A stretch of DNA of 41,932 nucleotides from Candidatus Actinomarina sp. (GCA_965655535.1 CBFHGZ010000003.1:680-42611), one strand, 5' to 3'; positions 1 through 9,503 are shown, numbered from the stretch's first letter. Numbers and translations: made by a program. Notes: generated from the sequence alone by a model not told the origin.

Positions 1-1824
1 GCTGCAGGATTGATGCATTCATTAATATATGTAGGATTTCTAGGATTGTTTGCTGGAACAATTACATTGGAAATCCACCATTTGATGCCTCCTTCATTGA
101 AATTCCTACAAGGCACAACTTATATGGTTTACTCTTTTACTTTAGAGTTAGCAACTATTGCATATTTATTTGGATTATTTTGGGCATTAGCCAGAAGAGT
201 TGTTGGTACAGAGTACAGAATTCAAACCAAAACAACTATTGATGATTATTTAACCCTTTCTCTTCTTATTTTTATTGGCATTTCTGGTGTCACCACTGAA
301 GCGGGTCGTATTGCTGTAGAAAATTTTCCTGAATATGAAAAATGGTCATTTATAGGATATTTTGTTGCGAGCACTTTTGAAATTTCTAATCCTGTTGATT
401 TTCATCGAGTTTCATGGGTTTTACATGTAGTCTCCTTTTTTGTTTTTCTCATAGCAATGCCGCTTTCAAAATTGCGTCACATTATTACATCACCAATAAA
501 TATGTTTATGTCACCTAAAGACAGACCTAAAGGTGCGATGAGGGACATTGGAAATCTAATGGAAGCAGAGGATATCGATTCAGTAGGTGCTGAAATTATT
601 GATCACTTTACGTGGAAGCAACTTATGGACTTAGATGCCTGTACTGTATGTGGTAGGTGTACATCTGTATGTCCAGCAAATCAAACTGGAAAATCTCTTG
701 ATCCAAGAGAAATAATATTAAAAGTTGGACAAGTCATGTCTGAATCTGGAGACCCATCAGTAACTACAACGATTTCTACTCCGAAGGTTTTAAAAGTAAA
801 TTCTGATAATGTATTTGAACGTATTACCTCTGAAGAGCTATGGGCTTGTACTTCATGTAAGGCCTGTGATGAGATTTGTCCTGTAAATATTGAAATTTTA
901 GACAAGATTCTAGATATGAGACGACACTTGGCCTTAATGGCATCTGATTTTCCTTCTGAGCTAGGAAAAGCATATGTAGCCATGGAAAACTCATCAAATC
1001 CATGGGGTGCTTCTCAAAACGATAGGTTGAATTGGACTAAAGATCTAGATTTTGAAGTACCTGTCATTGATGAATCAAACCATGAAGAGTACGACTATCT
1101 ATATTGGGTTGGTTGCGCTGGTGCATTTGATGACAGAAACGCTCCAGTCACGAAAGCCGTGGCTACTTTATTAAATAGAGCAAATGTTTCTTTTGCGGTC
1201 TTAGGTCCAAAAGAGGTTTGTACTGGCGATTCAGCAAGAAGAACTGGTAATGAATTTGTTTTTCAACAATTGGCTATTCAAAATATTGAAAACATGAACA
1301 ATTTAAAAGTGGACAAAATTATAACCCAATGCCCACACTGCTTTAACACTATTGCTAATGAATATCCTCAGCTTGGTGGAAACTATCAAGTAATTCACCA
1401 TAGCCAATTACTAACTGAACTAGTTCAATCAGGAAGGATAGAAGTTGGTACAAGTGATAAGCCTTATAAGATTACATACCATGATTCATGCTATCTAGGA
1501 AGACATAATGATATTTATACAGCACCAAGAGAAATTGTTGGTTCTATTGGTGGTATAGAAATAAGAGAAATGAAAAGACAAGGAACCCAAAGCTTTTGTT
1601 GTGGTGCTGGTGGTGGAAGAATGTGGATGGAAGAATCTGTTGGTAAAAAAGTAAATATTGAACGATCCCAGGAAGCTATTGATACTGGAGCAGATGAAGT
1701 AGCTGTTGCTTGCCCATTTTGTTACATAATGATGGATGATGGCGTCAAAGAGCTAGGGTATGGAGATAATGTAAAGGTTCGAGACGTCTCTTTAATTTTG
1801 TTAGATAATCTTAAAAAAGATTAA
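1..1824 (+). CDS. Membrane-anchored Fe-S oxidoreductase, HdrD/GlpC-like (Rv0338c/EtfD type), 5' partial
   Basis: The frame is open to the window edge (GCT GCA GGA precede the first TTG/ATG). It has N-terminal TM helices, two ferredoxin-type motifs (CTVCGRCTSVCP, CTSCKACDEICP) and two Cys-rich CCG-type domains (CAGAFD..CPHCFNT and CCGAGGG..CPFCYIM). Confidence 0.8.
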   Translation, partial: AAGLMHSLIYVGFLGLFAGTITLEIHHLMPPSLKFLQGTTYMVYSFTLELATIAYLFGLFWALARRVVGTEYRIQTKTTIDDYLTLSLLIFIGISGVTTEAGRIAVENFPEYEKWSFIGYFVASTFEISNPVDFHRVSWVLHVVSFFVFLIAMPLSKLRHIITSPINMFMSPKDRPKGAMRDIGNLMEAEDIDSVGAEIIDHFTWKQLMDLDACTVCGRCTSVCPANQTGKSLDPREIILKVGQVMSESGDPSVTTTISTPKVLKVNSDNVFERITSEELWACTSCKACDEICPVNIEILDKILDMRRHLALMASDFPSELGKAYVAMENSSNPWGASQNDRLNWTKDLDFEVPVIDESNHEEYDYLYWVGCAGAFDDRNAPVTKAVATLLNRANVSFAVLGPKEVCTGDSARRTGNEFVFQQLAIQNIENMNNLKVDKIITQCPHCFNTIANEYPQLGGNYQVIHHSQLLTELVQSGRIEVGTSDKPYKITYHDSCYLGRHNDIYTAPREIVGSIGGIEIREMKRQGTQSFCCGAGGGRMWMEESVGKKVNIERSQEAIDTGADEVAVACPFCYIMMDDGVKELGYGDNVKVRDVSLILLDNLKKD

Positions 1825-2138
1825 CTATTTTTCCCCATAAAGAATTTTTTCATATCTCCTTTAGAGGTATTTAAGCTATATAAAACATAAATTGCTGTTG
1901 TAAGGTTTCCGAGCACCATCATAAAAATTGACCAAACTATTGCATTAATAGTTTTCTCTTTGTAGAAAATCCATAAACATACAAAGATAAATCCTGTATA
2001 CAGGTCAACCAAGGATACAGTTCCCCAAGGCAAATCTGGAATAGGTGATTCAAGAATGGGAACTTGTGATTGAGCCCAAAATATCACTACAGTCATTGCT
2101 ATTGCTGAAATATATGAAAATATTTTTGTTATAGTCAT
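1821..2138 (-). CDS. Small integral membrane protein, DUF1475-like
   Basis: 105 aa with 3-4 TM segments. The pattern W..VSLVDLYTGF...W..YKE...W...M.LGN...YVLY recalls DUF1475 proteins. Its stop shares a TTAA with the convergent upstream gene. Confidence 0.5.
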   Translation of the reverse strand: MTITKIFSYISAIAMTVVIFWAQSQVPILESPIPDLPWGTVSLVDLYTGFIFVCLWIFYKEKTINAIVWSIFMMVLGNLTTAIYVLYSLNTSKGDMKKFFMGKNS

Positions 2139-2168
2139 AATGTAGATTTTAAAGGGAAATGAATTAAA

Positions 2169-2780
2169 TTGACTGAAAATACAATTATTACAAAAGTACT
2201 AAGACTAGATAAACAAGTTTATAACGAAATAATTACTTACCCTTCTTCATTACAAAAGGGCTTAGCTATTTGGACTACAGCTACAATTCTTATTACTTTA
2301 AGCGCTGTACGATTCTTTGCTGGGGTAATTGACTTTTTAGAAGTTAATCTCTATTTATTTAGCGAAGAAGCAACATCAGAAGAGCTTTTAATGCTGCAAA
2401 CATTAATTGATCAATTACAAGTTGAATTTCAACAATCTACTTTTACATCTATTTTTTCATCCTTAATAGGATCTGTATCAGCATCTGTTGTTGGTCTTAT
2501 CATTGTCTTTCTTGTTTTAAAGTATTTGTTAAGAAAAGATCCTCAACCAAAAGATCTTGCAATTATTTATTTGTATTCAAGTATTCCAGGGTTACTAACT
2601 ATTCCTGCAATCTTTGTTTCCAGTTTATTAATCCAGGGGCTTTTACTATTTGTCACTGCAATTTACTCCTTTACCACTCTTGGTTCTGGGTTAAAACAAG
2701 TTTATTTTTTAAGAAATATAGAAGTAATCCTATTGCTAGTATCTATTACCTTTGGGTCAACAATATTGTCTTACTCTTAA
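2169..2780 (+). CDS. Hypothetical polytopic membrane protein (possibly Yip1-like)
   Basis: 203-aa ORF with a TTG start and several hydrophobic helices. It fills the gap between flanking genes. No diagnostic motif was recognised. Confidence 0.45.
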   Translation: MTENTIITKVLRLDKQVYNEIITYPSSLQKGLAIWTTATILITLSAVRFFAGVIDFLEVNLYLFSEEATSEELLMLQTLIDQLQVEFQQSTFTSIFSSLIGSVSASVVGLIIVFLVLKYLLRKDPQPKDLAIIYLYSSIPGLLTIPAIFVSSLLIQGLLLFVTAIYSFTTLGSGLKQVYFLRNIEVILLLVSITFGSTILSYS

Positions 2781-2781
2781 T

Positions 2782-3378
2782 ATGAATGCTGGAGTTATTC
2801 TTGCTGCTGGTGATTCCTCTAGAATGGGTTTCCCAAAACAATTAGCACAAGTTAAAGACAAACCACTTTTAGAGCAAGTTGTTGAAAAAGTTAATCAGCA
2901 CTTCGAACATTCTTCTGTTGTTTTAGGCTCAGATAATGAAACTATCGCTGAAAAAATAAATTTTTCTAATTCAGATATCTTAATAAATGAAAATTGGTCG
3001 GAAGGGATAATTTCATCAATAAGAACATCTTTATTTTTTTATCAAAGTCAAAAAGATATAGAAAATATAGTTTTTTTCTTAGGTGATCAACCTGAAGTTA
3101 AAGATTCCGTAATTGACTCTATTACGTCTTTTGAAACAGAGGGAGATGAAATATTGATAAGTCAATATAGGTATAAACACAATTTTCCAATTTTAGTTCC
3201 TAGAATGTTCTGGAGTAAATTAGAACTTCTTACCCAGGACGATTCACCAGAGTTTGAAAATTCAGTCTTTCAAGATTTTGATCTGATTGATTATTTTTTG
3301 TCATCAGAAATTAAAGTTAAGAATATTAATTTTAACTTTTTGGGACCAAAAGATTACGATGAAGAAAAAGACTTTTAA
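2782..3378 (+). CDS. MobA-like NTP transferase family protein (nucleotidyltransferase)
   Basis: The N-terminal motif MNAGVILAAGDSSRMG..PKQL is typical of MobA/MocA-type nucleotidyltransferases. I prefer the ATG at 2782, 2 nt after the upstream stop, over the track start at 2752, which overlaps the preceding gene by 29 nt. Confidence 0.7.
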   Translation: MNAGVILAAGDSSRMGFPKQLAQVKDKPLLEQVVEKVNQHFEHSSVVLGSDNETIAEKINFSNSDILINENWSEGIISSIRTSLFFYQSQKDIENIVFFLGDQPEVKDSVIDSITSFETEGDEILISQYRYKHNFPILVPRMFWSKLELLTQDDSPEFENSVFQDFDLIDYFLSSEIKVKNINFNFLGPKDYDEEKDF

Positions 3379-3443
3379 TAAAGTGGGAAAATCTTAACAA
3401 AAAATTTCTGTATTTTTTTTCGAAGCTTTGTACAATCTATAGA

Positions 3444-3848
3444 ATGAACTCTATTGATTCTATAAATGGCATGACACATACTGAAGCAACAAAACTTAGA
3501 AGAGCAAGAGTTAGAACAACCACTACATTTTTACAAATAGCATCTACCCGTTCTGGACGTGCTCTATTAACTAAAGAAACGGGAATCAATTCTCCGAAGT
3601 TATTACATTGGGCTAGAAGAGCTGAGCTAATGCAGATAAAGAATCTTGGAAGAGATTACGCAGATCTTTTAGAAGCTGCTGGTGTGGAAAGTGTTTCAGA
3701 GCTTAAAAGGCGTAATCCAGAATCTTTACATGAAATGATGCAAAAGATAAATGACAAAAAGAATATTGTCGACAGAATGCCTTCATTGAAAAGAGTTAGT
3801 AAATGGGTAGCAGACTCAACTGATATGGAAATTAAGGTATCTTCATAA
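3444..3848 (+). CDS. DUF4332-like helix-hairpin-helix domain protein
   Basis: 134 aa. The segment IKNLGRDYADLLEAAGVESVSELKRRNPESL resembles the DUF4332 repeat. The start could instead be the internal Met at 3471. Confidence 0.5.
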   Translation: MNSIDSINGMTHTEATKLRRARVRTTTTFLQIASTRSGRALLTKETGINSPKLLHWARRAELMQIKNLGRDYADLLEAAGVESVSELKRRNPESLHEMMQKINDKKNIVDRMPSLKRVSKWVADSTDMEIKVSS

Positions 3849-3874
3849 GCCCTATTTCAATCTAAAATTAGCTT

Positions 3875-5581
3875 GTGGTTAGTAAAAAAATACGAATAAC
3901 TGGTGCTCAGTTGTCATTTCCAGTGGGCGCAATTCAACAAAATAAGCAAACTATTTTAGATGCAATTGAAGTAGGCGAACAAAACCAGTCAGATATTGTA
4001 GTTTTTCCAGAACTTGCTCTAACCGGTTATCCTCCTGAGGATTTGCTGCTCAGAGAAAGCTTCGTAGGTAAAAATTTTGCAGTTTTAGAGGAAATATCTG
4101 AATTTACAACATCCACTAGTGCAATCATAGGGTTTGTTGACAGAACAATGTCTAAACACAAAATAGACATGACTACTAGGAGTATCGCTAATGCTGCAGC
4201 AATTGTTCAAAATGGTGATGTTAAAGGTATTTATCATAAAAGTTTTCTACCAAACTATTCAGTATTCGATGAAGCACGATATTTCTCAACAGGAAATGAT
4301 GCAGGAAAATTATTTTGGTATGAAGGTATTGGAATAGGAATTAGCATTTGCGAAGATATCTGGATTGAAGATGGTCCAGCAGAACAACAGGCTAAAAATG
4401 GTGCTTCTTTAATAATAAATATTAATGCTTCACCATTTGATACAAGTAAGTCAAAAGCTAGAAAAGAAAATGTAATCGCTAAGGCGAAAAAGTTAAAAAT
4501 TCCAATTCTTTATTTAAATACAGTTGGTGGACAGGATGAGTTAGTTTTTGATGGAGGATCCTTTTTAGTAAATGGAGACGGAGAGTTGCAGCATCAAGCA
4601 AATCAATTTAAGGAAGAAATTTTTCATTTTGATCTTGAATTAAAACCTGTTGAAAATTATCCAACTAGTAGCTTGCAGATAAGAGAAAAGGTGCAAGAAA
4701 TTGATTTTGACACTAACTACATACAGCTAGATAAGTATGAAGAAATTTATGCTGCATTAAAGCTGGGTTTGGGTGATTATGTTCAAAAAAATAAATTTCA
4801 AAAAGTTTTAGTCGGACTTTCTGGCGGAATCGACTCTGCGCTCACAGCTACAATCGCTGTGGATGCGATAGGTGAAAAAAATGTTATTGGTGTTGCAATG
4901 CCATCAAAATTTAATTCTTCAGACTCTTTAGAAGATGCACAAATTTTGGCAGAAAATTTAGGTATAGAATTCAAAATTATTGAGATTGAAGACATCGTTG
5001 AATCTTTACGTAATAAGATTATGGAAAACATTTCTGAGGATCTATCTGCTGTGACAGATGAAAATTTACAATCAAGAGTAAGAGGTAATTTACTAATGGC
5101 ACTCTCAAATCAGACTGGCGCAATGGTTGTATCAACTGGAAATAAATCAGAAATGGCAGTGGGTTATTCAACTCTCTATGGAGATTTAGCTGGAGGCTTT
5201 GCTGTCTTAAAAGACTTATACAAGACAGAGGTGTACAAATTGTCTAAATTTAGAAATTCAATTTCACATGTAATTCCTGAAAATACTATCACCAAAGAAC
5301 CAAGTGCAGAACTCAGACCTGATCAACTGGATACAGATTCTCTTCCAGAATATGAATTGTTAGACAAAATTCTGTATATGTATATTGAACAAGATGCTTC
5401 ATCTGAAAAAATAATTTCATCAGGAATCAACAAGGAAATTGTATATGATGTTTTAGCAAAGGTAGATAGAAATGAATACAAGAGAAAACAAGTATCTCCA
5501 GGGGTAAAATTAACTGGGAAAGCCTTTGGTAAAGATAGAAGAATGCCTATTACAAATACATATATAAGAGATGAGATTTAA
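3875..5581 (+). CDS. nadE: Glutamine-dependent NAD+ synthetase
   Basis: 568 aa with a GTG start. The N-terminal CN-hydrolase domain has the FPELALTGYPPEDL and CEDIW motifs. The C-terminal NAD synthetase domain has the SGGIDS PP-loop. Confidence 0.9.
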   Translation: MVSKKIRITGAQLSFPVGAIQQNKQTILDAIEVGEQNQSDIVVFPELALTGYPPEDLLLRESFVGKNFAVLEEISEFTTSTSAIIGFVDRTMSKHKIDMTTRSIANAAAIVQNGDVKGIYHKSFLPNYSVFDEARYFSTGNDAGKLFWYEGIGIGISICEDIWIEDGPAEQQAKNGASLIININASPFDTSKSKARKENVIAKAKKLKIPILYLNTVGGQDELVFDGGSFLVNGDGELQHQANQFKEEIFHFDLELKPVENYPTSSLQIREKVQEIDFDTNYIQLDKYEEIYAALKLGLGDYVQKNKFQKVLVGLSGGIDSALTATIAVDAIGEKNVIGVAMPSKFNSSDSLEDAQILAENLGIEFKIIEIEDIVESLRNKIMENISEDLSAVTDENLQSRVRGNLLMALSNQTGAMVVSTGNKSEMAVGYSTLYGDLAGGFAVLKDLYKTEVYKLSKFRNSISHVIPENTITKEPSAELRPDQLDTDSLPEYELLDKILYMYIEQDASSEKIISSGINKEIVYDVLAKVDRNEYKRKQVSPGVKLTGKAFGKDRRMPITNTYIRDEI

Positions 5582-5584
5582 TCT

Positions 5585-6412
5585 ATGTATTTAATAAATG
5601 GTTCTGAGGTATCAAAAGAAAAATTCAATTTACCTATAGAAGACCTTTCTGTTTGGAGGGGTGATGGGGTATTTGAAGCAATTAAAATCCATAATGGTTA
5701 TCCATTTGGAATTAAGTTGCATATTGATAGATTAAAAAAATCTTGTCAAGACCAATTATTTTCGGGAATAAATTTTGAGGAAATAAAAGAAAACATTTTC
5801 CAAGTCGCAAAAGAATATGATTCTGGATATGTTCGAACTTTAGTATTAAGAGGGTCTGATGCAGATCAACATAATATTTATATATTTCATCAGAAACCTA
5901 TTACTTTTCCAGAAAATTTTTCATTACAATCTCAGCAAGCTCCATGGCATGCGGGTGGGGATTACAAGGAAGAAAACAGTGTATTGATAGCTAAAACGAC
6001 ATCTTATGCCTATAACGTTCGACATACAAGATATGCAGAATCAAATGGCTTTACAGATGCACTATTGCTTAACAAAGACAATATTGTTTTAGAGGGACCA
6101 ACATGGTCTATAGGATGGATAATTGGTGAAAATGTATTTGTATCAGATTTAGAGCTTGGAATTCTTGATTCAATTACAAGAAAGTATCTTCTCAATTTTG
6201 GTGAAAAAAACTTGTTGAATGTTTCATCAACAAAAATCTCTATTAATGAATTGTATGAAGTTGATTCAGCTTTTGTTATGTCGACAGCAAAGCATGGGGT
6301 GTTTGTAAATAAAATAGATGAAGTTGAATATGAAGAATCACCACTGGTTAAAAAAATTCAAAATTTATTTATTGAAGAAGTAGAAAAAGAAAGAAACAGT
6401 ATTCAAACTTAG
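5585..6412 (+). CDS. Class IV aminotransferase family protein (branched-chain/D-amino-acid aminotransferase or ADC lyase like)
   Basis: 275 aa with fold-type IV features: an N-terminal RGDGVFE motif, then LEG and SITR-type segments. The specific substrate cannot be assigned. Confidence 0.65.
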   Translation: MYLINGSEVSKEKFNLPIEDLSVWRGDGVFEAIKIHNGYPFGIKLHIDRLKKSCQDQLFSGINFEEIKENIFQVAKEYDSGYVRTLVLRGSDADQHNIYIFHQKPITFPENFSLQSQQAPWHAGGDYKEENSVLIAKTTSYAYNVRHTRYAESNGFTDALLLNKDNIVLEGPTWSIGWIIGENVFVSDLELGILDSITRKYLLNFGEKNLLNVSSTKISINELYEVDSAFVMSTAKHGVFVNKIDEVEYEESPLVKKIQNLFIEEVEKERNSIQT

Positions 6413-6420
6413 GAGGTACA

Positions 6421-7449
6421 GTGAGACTGACACAGTATTCACATGGCTCTGGTTGAGCTTGTAAACTCTCTCAAGGAGAGCTTGCTCAAGTTTTGAGTAG
6501 TTTTAGACAAAAAAATAAAGACAACAATGATGTTCTTGTAGGGTTAGATTCTCCCGATGACGGTGGAGTTATTCTGTTACCGAATGGAAGTAAAATTGTC
6601 CAAACTGTTGACTTTTTTACTCCCATTCTTGACGACCCTTATGATTGGGGTCGTGTAGCTGCAACAAATGCATTGTCTGATATCTATGCAATGGGCGGTC
6701 AACCTATTTCAGCTCTACAACTTGTAAGCTGGCCAAGAGATGAAATAGGTTTTGATATCCTTTCTAAGGTCATAGAAGGCGGCGCAGATGTAATGGCTTC
6801 TGCATCCTGTAGTGTTATTGGTGGACACAGCATTGAAGATAAAGAACCAAAATACGGCTTTGCTGTTACAGGCATCATTAATGATAAAATTTACACAAAA
6901 TCAAATGTACAAATCGGAGATAAACTGTACCTTTCAAAACCAATAGGATCAGGCATAATCTCTTCTGCAATAAAAAAAGGTATTGCATCAGATTCTGTGA
7001 TTCAAGAAGTAACGGGGATTATGACAGAATTAAACGATAGAGCACTTGAGTTAGCTAAAAAATTAAATGCTAATGCAATTACAGATATTACTGGCTTCGG
7101 CCTCTTAGGGCATTTGTCAGAAATGATAAAAGATGATTCAATTTCTGCAGAAATATTTTCTGAAAAAGTTCCAGTTTTAGATTCAGCACAGGAATATTTT
7201 GAAAATGGAATATTCTCATCTGGTAGTCAGAGAAATTACGAGTCTATTTCTTCAGATTTGAGTTTTGAAAAAGAATTAATTGATAAAGTAAAGTTGTTTT
7301 CAGATGCCCAAACAAGTGGTGGATTACTAATGTCAGTTCCAGATAATGGCTTGAATGAAATTGAAGAATTTTCAAAGAATTTTAATACCAAAGTCTGGGA
7401 AATAGGGCGTATTACTTCCCGTTATAACGGGAAAATAAATATCATATAG
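6421..7449 (+). CDS. selD: Selenide, water dikinase (selenophosphate synthetase) with in-frame UGA selenocysteine at 6454-6456
   Basis: GTG at 6421 sits 4 nt after AGGAGG (6411-6416). The 5' codons read V-R-L-T-Q-Y-S-H-G-S-G-TGA-A-C-K-L, matching the conserved SelD N-terminus RLTQYSHGxG(C/U)xCK. The frame is the same as track ORF 6493..7449, which aligns to SelD along its whole length (DFFTP, AATNALSDIYAMGG, GGHSI). Confidence 0.85.
6453..6500 (+). promoter_or_regulatory. Candidate bacterial SECIS hairpin overlapping and following the selD UGA
   Basis: Lower stem TTGAGC (6453-6458, includes the TGA) pairs with GCTCAA (6484-6489). Upper stem CTCTC (6466-6470) pairs with GAGAG (6476-6480), with apical loop TCAAG about 15-19 nt after the UGA. 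As an alternative fold, GCTCAA can pair with TTGAG (6493-6497). Confidence 0.45.
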
Positions 7450-7455
7450 ATTGAT

Positions 7456-8376
7456 ATGTTAAAAAATTTAACCAAGTTTGTTGCATTTACAGCATTTGTA
7501 AAAAGTCTTATAGAAACAAAATCTAGTAAGTCCACAGGTGTTACACAACTTCATCCCAGCAAAATACCTGGAAGGACTATCTTCATTAGGGAAAAAGAGT
7601 ACTTTATAAGAGAAAATTATGTGAACGGTACTATTCCAATAGTCTTTTTACATAGTTGGGGTTCAGATTCTCTTGGTAGCTGGTTCAAAGTATTGCCTTC
7701 AATAAAGCAAAAGTATTCTTTTGTTGCAATTGATTTAAGAAATCATGGAAAATCAGACGCTTCATGGGAACGCTGGGATGTAGATGAGAATGCAGATGTT
7801 GTAATCAGTATTTTACAAGAACTCGGTATAGAAGAATGTCATCTTGTAGGATGGTCAATGGGAAGTGCTGTAGCACTTGCCGTATCAAATAAAAAACAAA
7901 ACTTAATTAAGAAACTAATTTTAATAACTCCGTTTAGCTGGTTGGGTGGCGCGGTATATAAAGATAAACTAGCATTTAAGGCTTTTGTAAGTTTTGTAAG
8001 AATAAGAGAAAGGCTATTTCCAAATCTAAATCCACAGTCAAAGTTTTCTTTTCTAAAAAAATCTAATGCAATTAAAGATGAGTACACAGATTGGGCATGG
8101 AATAACTTACATAAACATAAAGATGATTTTATTTATGAAGATGGTGGTCGTTTTGTTGTACCTTATGATGCAAGGCCATGGCTAGAAAATATTAAATCTC
8201 AAACTCTAGTGATAACTGGAGGTAAGGACAGGCTGGTTCCTGAAGAAACTTCAAATGATGTAATTGATAGATTAGAAAATGTTTCAAGTATTGTATTTAA
8301 GGATGCAGGTCACTCTGTACCTTGGACCCATGCAGAAGAATTAATAAACTCAATTGAAGACTTCATAACTTCATGA
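7456..8376 (+). CDS. Alpha/beta-fold hydrolase
   Basis: 306 aa. It has an HSWG oxyanion-type motif, the nucleophile elbow GWSMGS, and a C-terminal GHSVP region carrying the catalytic His. Confidence 0.75.
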   Translation: MLKNLTKFVAFTAFVKSLIETKSSKSTGVTQLHPSKIPGRTIFIREKEYFIRENYVNGTIPIVFLHSWGSDSLGSWFKVLPSIKQKYSFVAIDLRNHGKSDASWERWDVDENADVVISILQELGIEECHLVGWSMGSAVALAVSNKKQNLIKKLILITPFSWLGGAVYKDKLAFKAFVSFVRIRERLFPNLNPQSKFSFLKKSNAIKDEYTDWAWNNLHKHKDDFIYEDGGRFVVPYDARPWLENIKSQTLVITGGKDRLVPEETSNDVIDRLENVSSIVFKDAGHSVPWTHAEELINSIEDFITS

Positions 8377-9503
8377 AAAGGGTACTATTTTTTTCTGCGA
8401 CTTATTACAACCTACCTCTTTCTGACAATTTAAAAAAGAAATTTCAATTTCTTAGTGAAGTATCAGAATGTACAGTTGTTGCTTTTTCTAATAAAAACAT
8501 TGAATTTCAAGAGGAGAACACGAACTTTTATATTTACAAACAAAGCAGCTTTAGAATTCTAAATTATCTAAAAATTTTGAAAAAATCGTATTTCGATCTC
8601 AATAAAATTATTAAAAAACAAAACATCGATATTGTGGCTTTTCAAGATCCAATCACAAGCTTTTTAGGATTCCTTAGAATAAAACAATCTCATCCAAATA
8701 TAAAAATAGTTTTAGAGTCACATGGAGATTTTATAAACACTCTTGGGATGGAAAAAAATGTGTTTCTACCAAGTCTTTACAAAAAAGCCTTTAATTCGAT
8801 TGCACAATACACAATAGACAATGCTGATATAGTTCGAGCTGTATCTTCATCAACAGAAGAGCAAGTTCTGTCATTTAATAAATCAAAAAATGTTGTTAGG
8901 TTTCCCGCTTGGATAGATTTTGAAGTTTATAAGAATGTAGCACCTACAAGAGAAGATAATCAAATATATAAAATATTGTTCATAGGTAGTGTGACTGATA
9001 GAAAAAAGCCTCATATGGTTATTGAAGCACTGCCTAAGTTAAATAATAAAAATGTTGAATTTCATATTGTAGGCCCTACTCCTAATCAACAATATTTAGA
9101 AAGAATTAACAACTTAATTGATGAGTACAATCTAGAAGATAAAGTTTTTATTCACGGTATTAAAGACAGAGACGAAGTTATTGAGTTTTATAAAACTTCA
9201 AATTTAATGATTCTACCTTCTGTTTCCGAAGGTCTTGCCAGAGTAATTTTTGAATCTCAAGTGACATCTTGTCCAGTATTAGTTACTGATGCCCCAGGCA
9301 TGCAAGATATCGTAATTGATGGTCAGACGGGATTTGTTTTCGAAAGTAATAATCTTGAATCTCTTGTATTAAAAATGAATGAAGTCTTTGATGATTACAA
9401 TCAAAGCATTCAAATTGGAAGAAATGCAAAAGATTTTATTCTAGAAAATTTTTCAGAGGAAAAATTTAAATTTAGTTTTAAAAAAATATTTGATCTGGTT
9501 TGA
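8373..9503 (+). CDS. Glycosyltransferase family 4 (GT-B fold)
   Basis: 376 aa with an ATGA overlap onto the upstream gene. The C-terminal EGLARVIFESQVTSCPVLVTD..G matches the E-x7-E GT4 signature region. Confidence 0.8.
   Translation: MKRVLFFSATYYNLPLSDNLKKKFQFLSEVSECTVVAFSNKNIEFQEENTNFYIYKQSSFRILNYLKILKKSYFDLNKIIKKQNIDIVAFQDPITSFLGFLRIKQSHPNIKIVLESHGDFINTLGMEKNVFLPSLYKKAFNSIAQYTIDNADIVRAVSSSTEEQVLSFNKSKNVVRFPAWIDFEVYKNVAPTREDNQIYKILFIGSVTDRKKPHMVIEALPKLNNKNVEFHIVGPTPNQQYLERINNLIDEYNLEDKVFIHGIKDRDEVIEFYKTSNLMILPSVSEGLARVIFESQVTSCPVLVTDAPGMQDIVIDGQTGFVFESNNLESLVLKMNEVFDDYNQSIQIGRNAKDFILENFSEEKFKFSFKKIFDLV

Noticed and set aside
2752-2781. Track start of the nucleotidyltransferase ORF at 2752, overlapping the previous gene by 29 nt.
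   Set aside because: The family N-terminus (MNAGVILAAGDSSRMG) begins at the ATG at 2782, right after the upstream stop. The extra 10 codons have no homology rationale.
2782-3378. MobA/YgfJ-like nucleotidyltransferase near selD as a sign of the selenium-dependent molybdenum hydroxylase trait.
   Set aside because: It is separated from selD by nadE and an aminotransferase. No YqeB/YqeC-like genes and no xanthine-dehydrogenase-family hydroxylase are in the window. The linkage is too weak to claim.
9501-9503. Other TGA stops tested as possible Sec codons: 9501-9503, 20953-20955, 23479-23481, 30560-30562, and the ATGA overlaps at 8373-8376, 31909-31912, 34323-34326 and 37815-37818.
   Set aside because: Reading through each TGA hits another stop within a few codons, runs out of frame with the next gene, or the TGA is part of a standard ATGA start/stop overlap. 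The proteins are already full length relative to their families.
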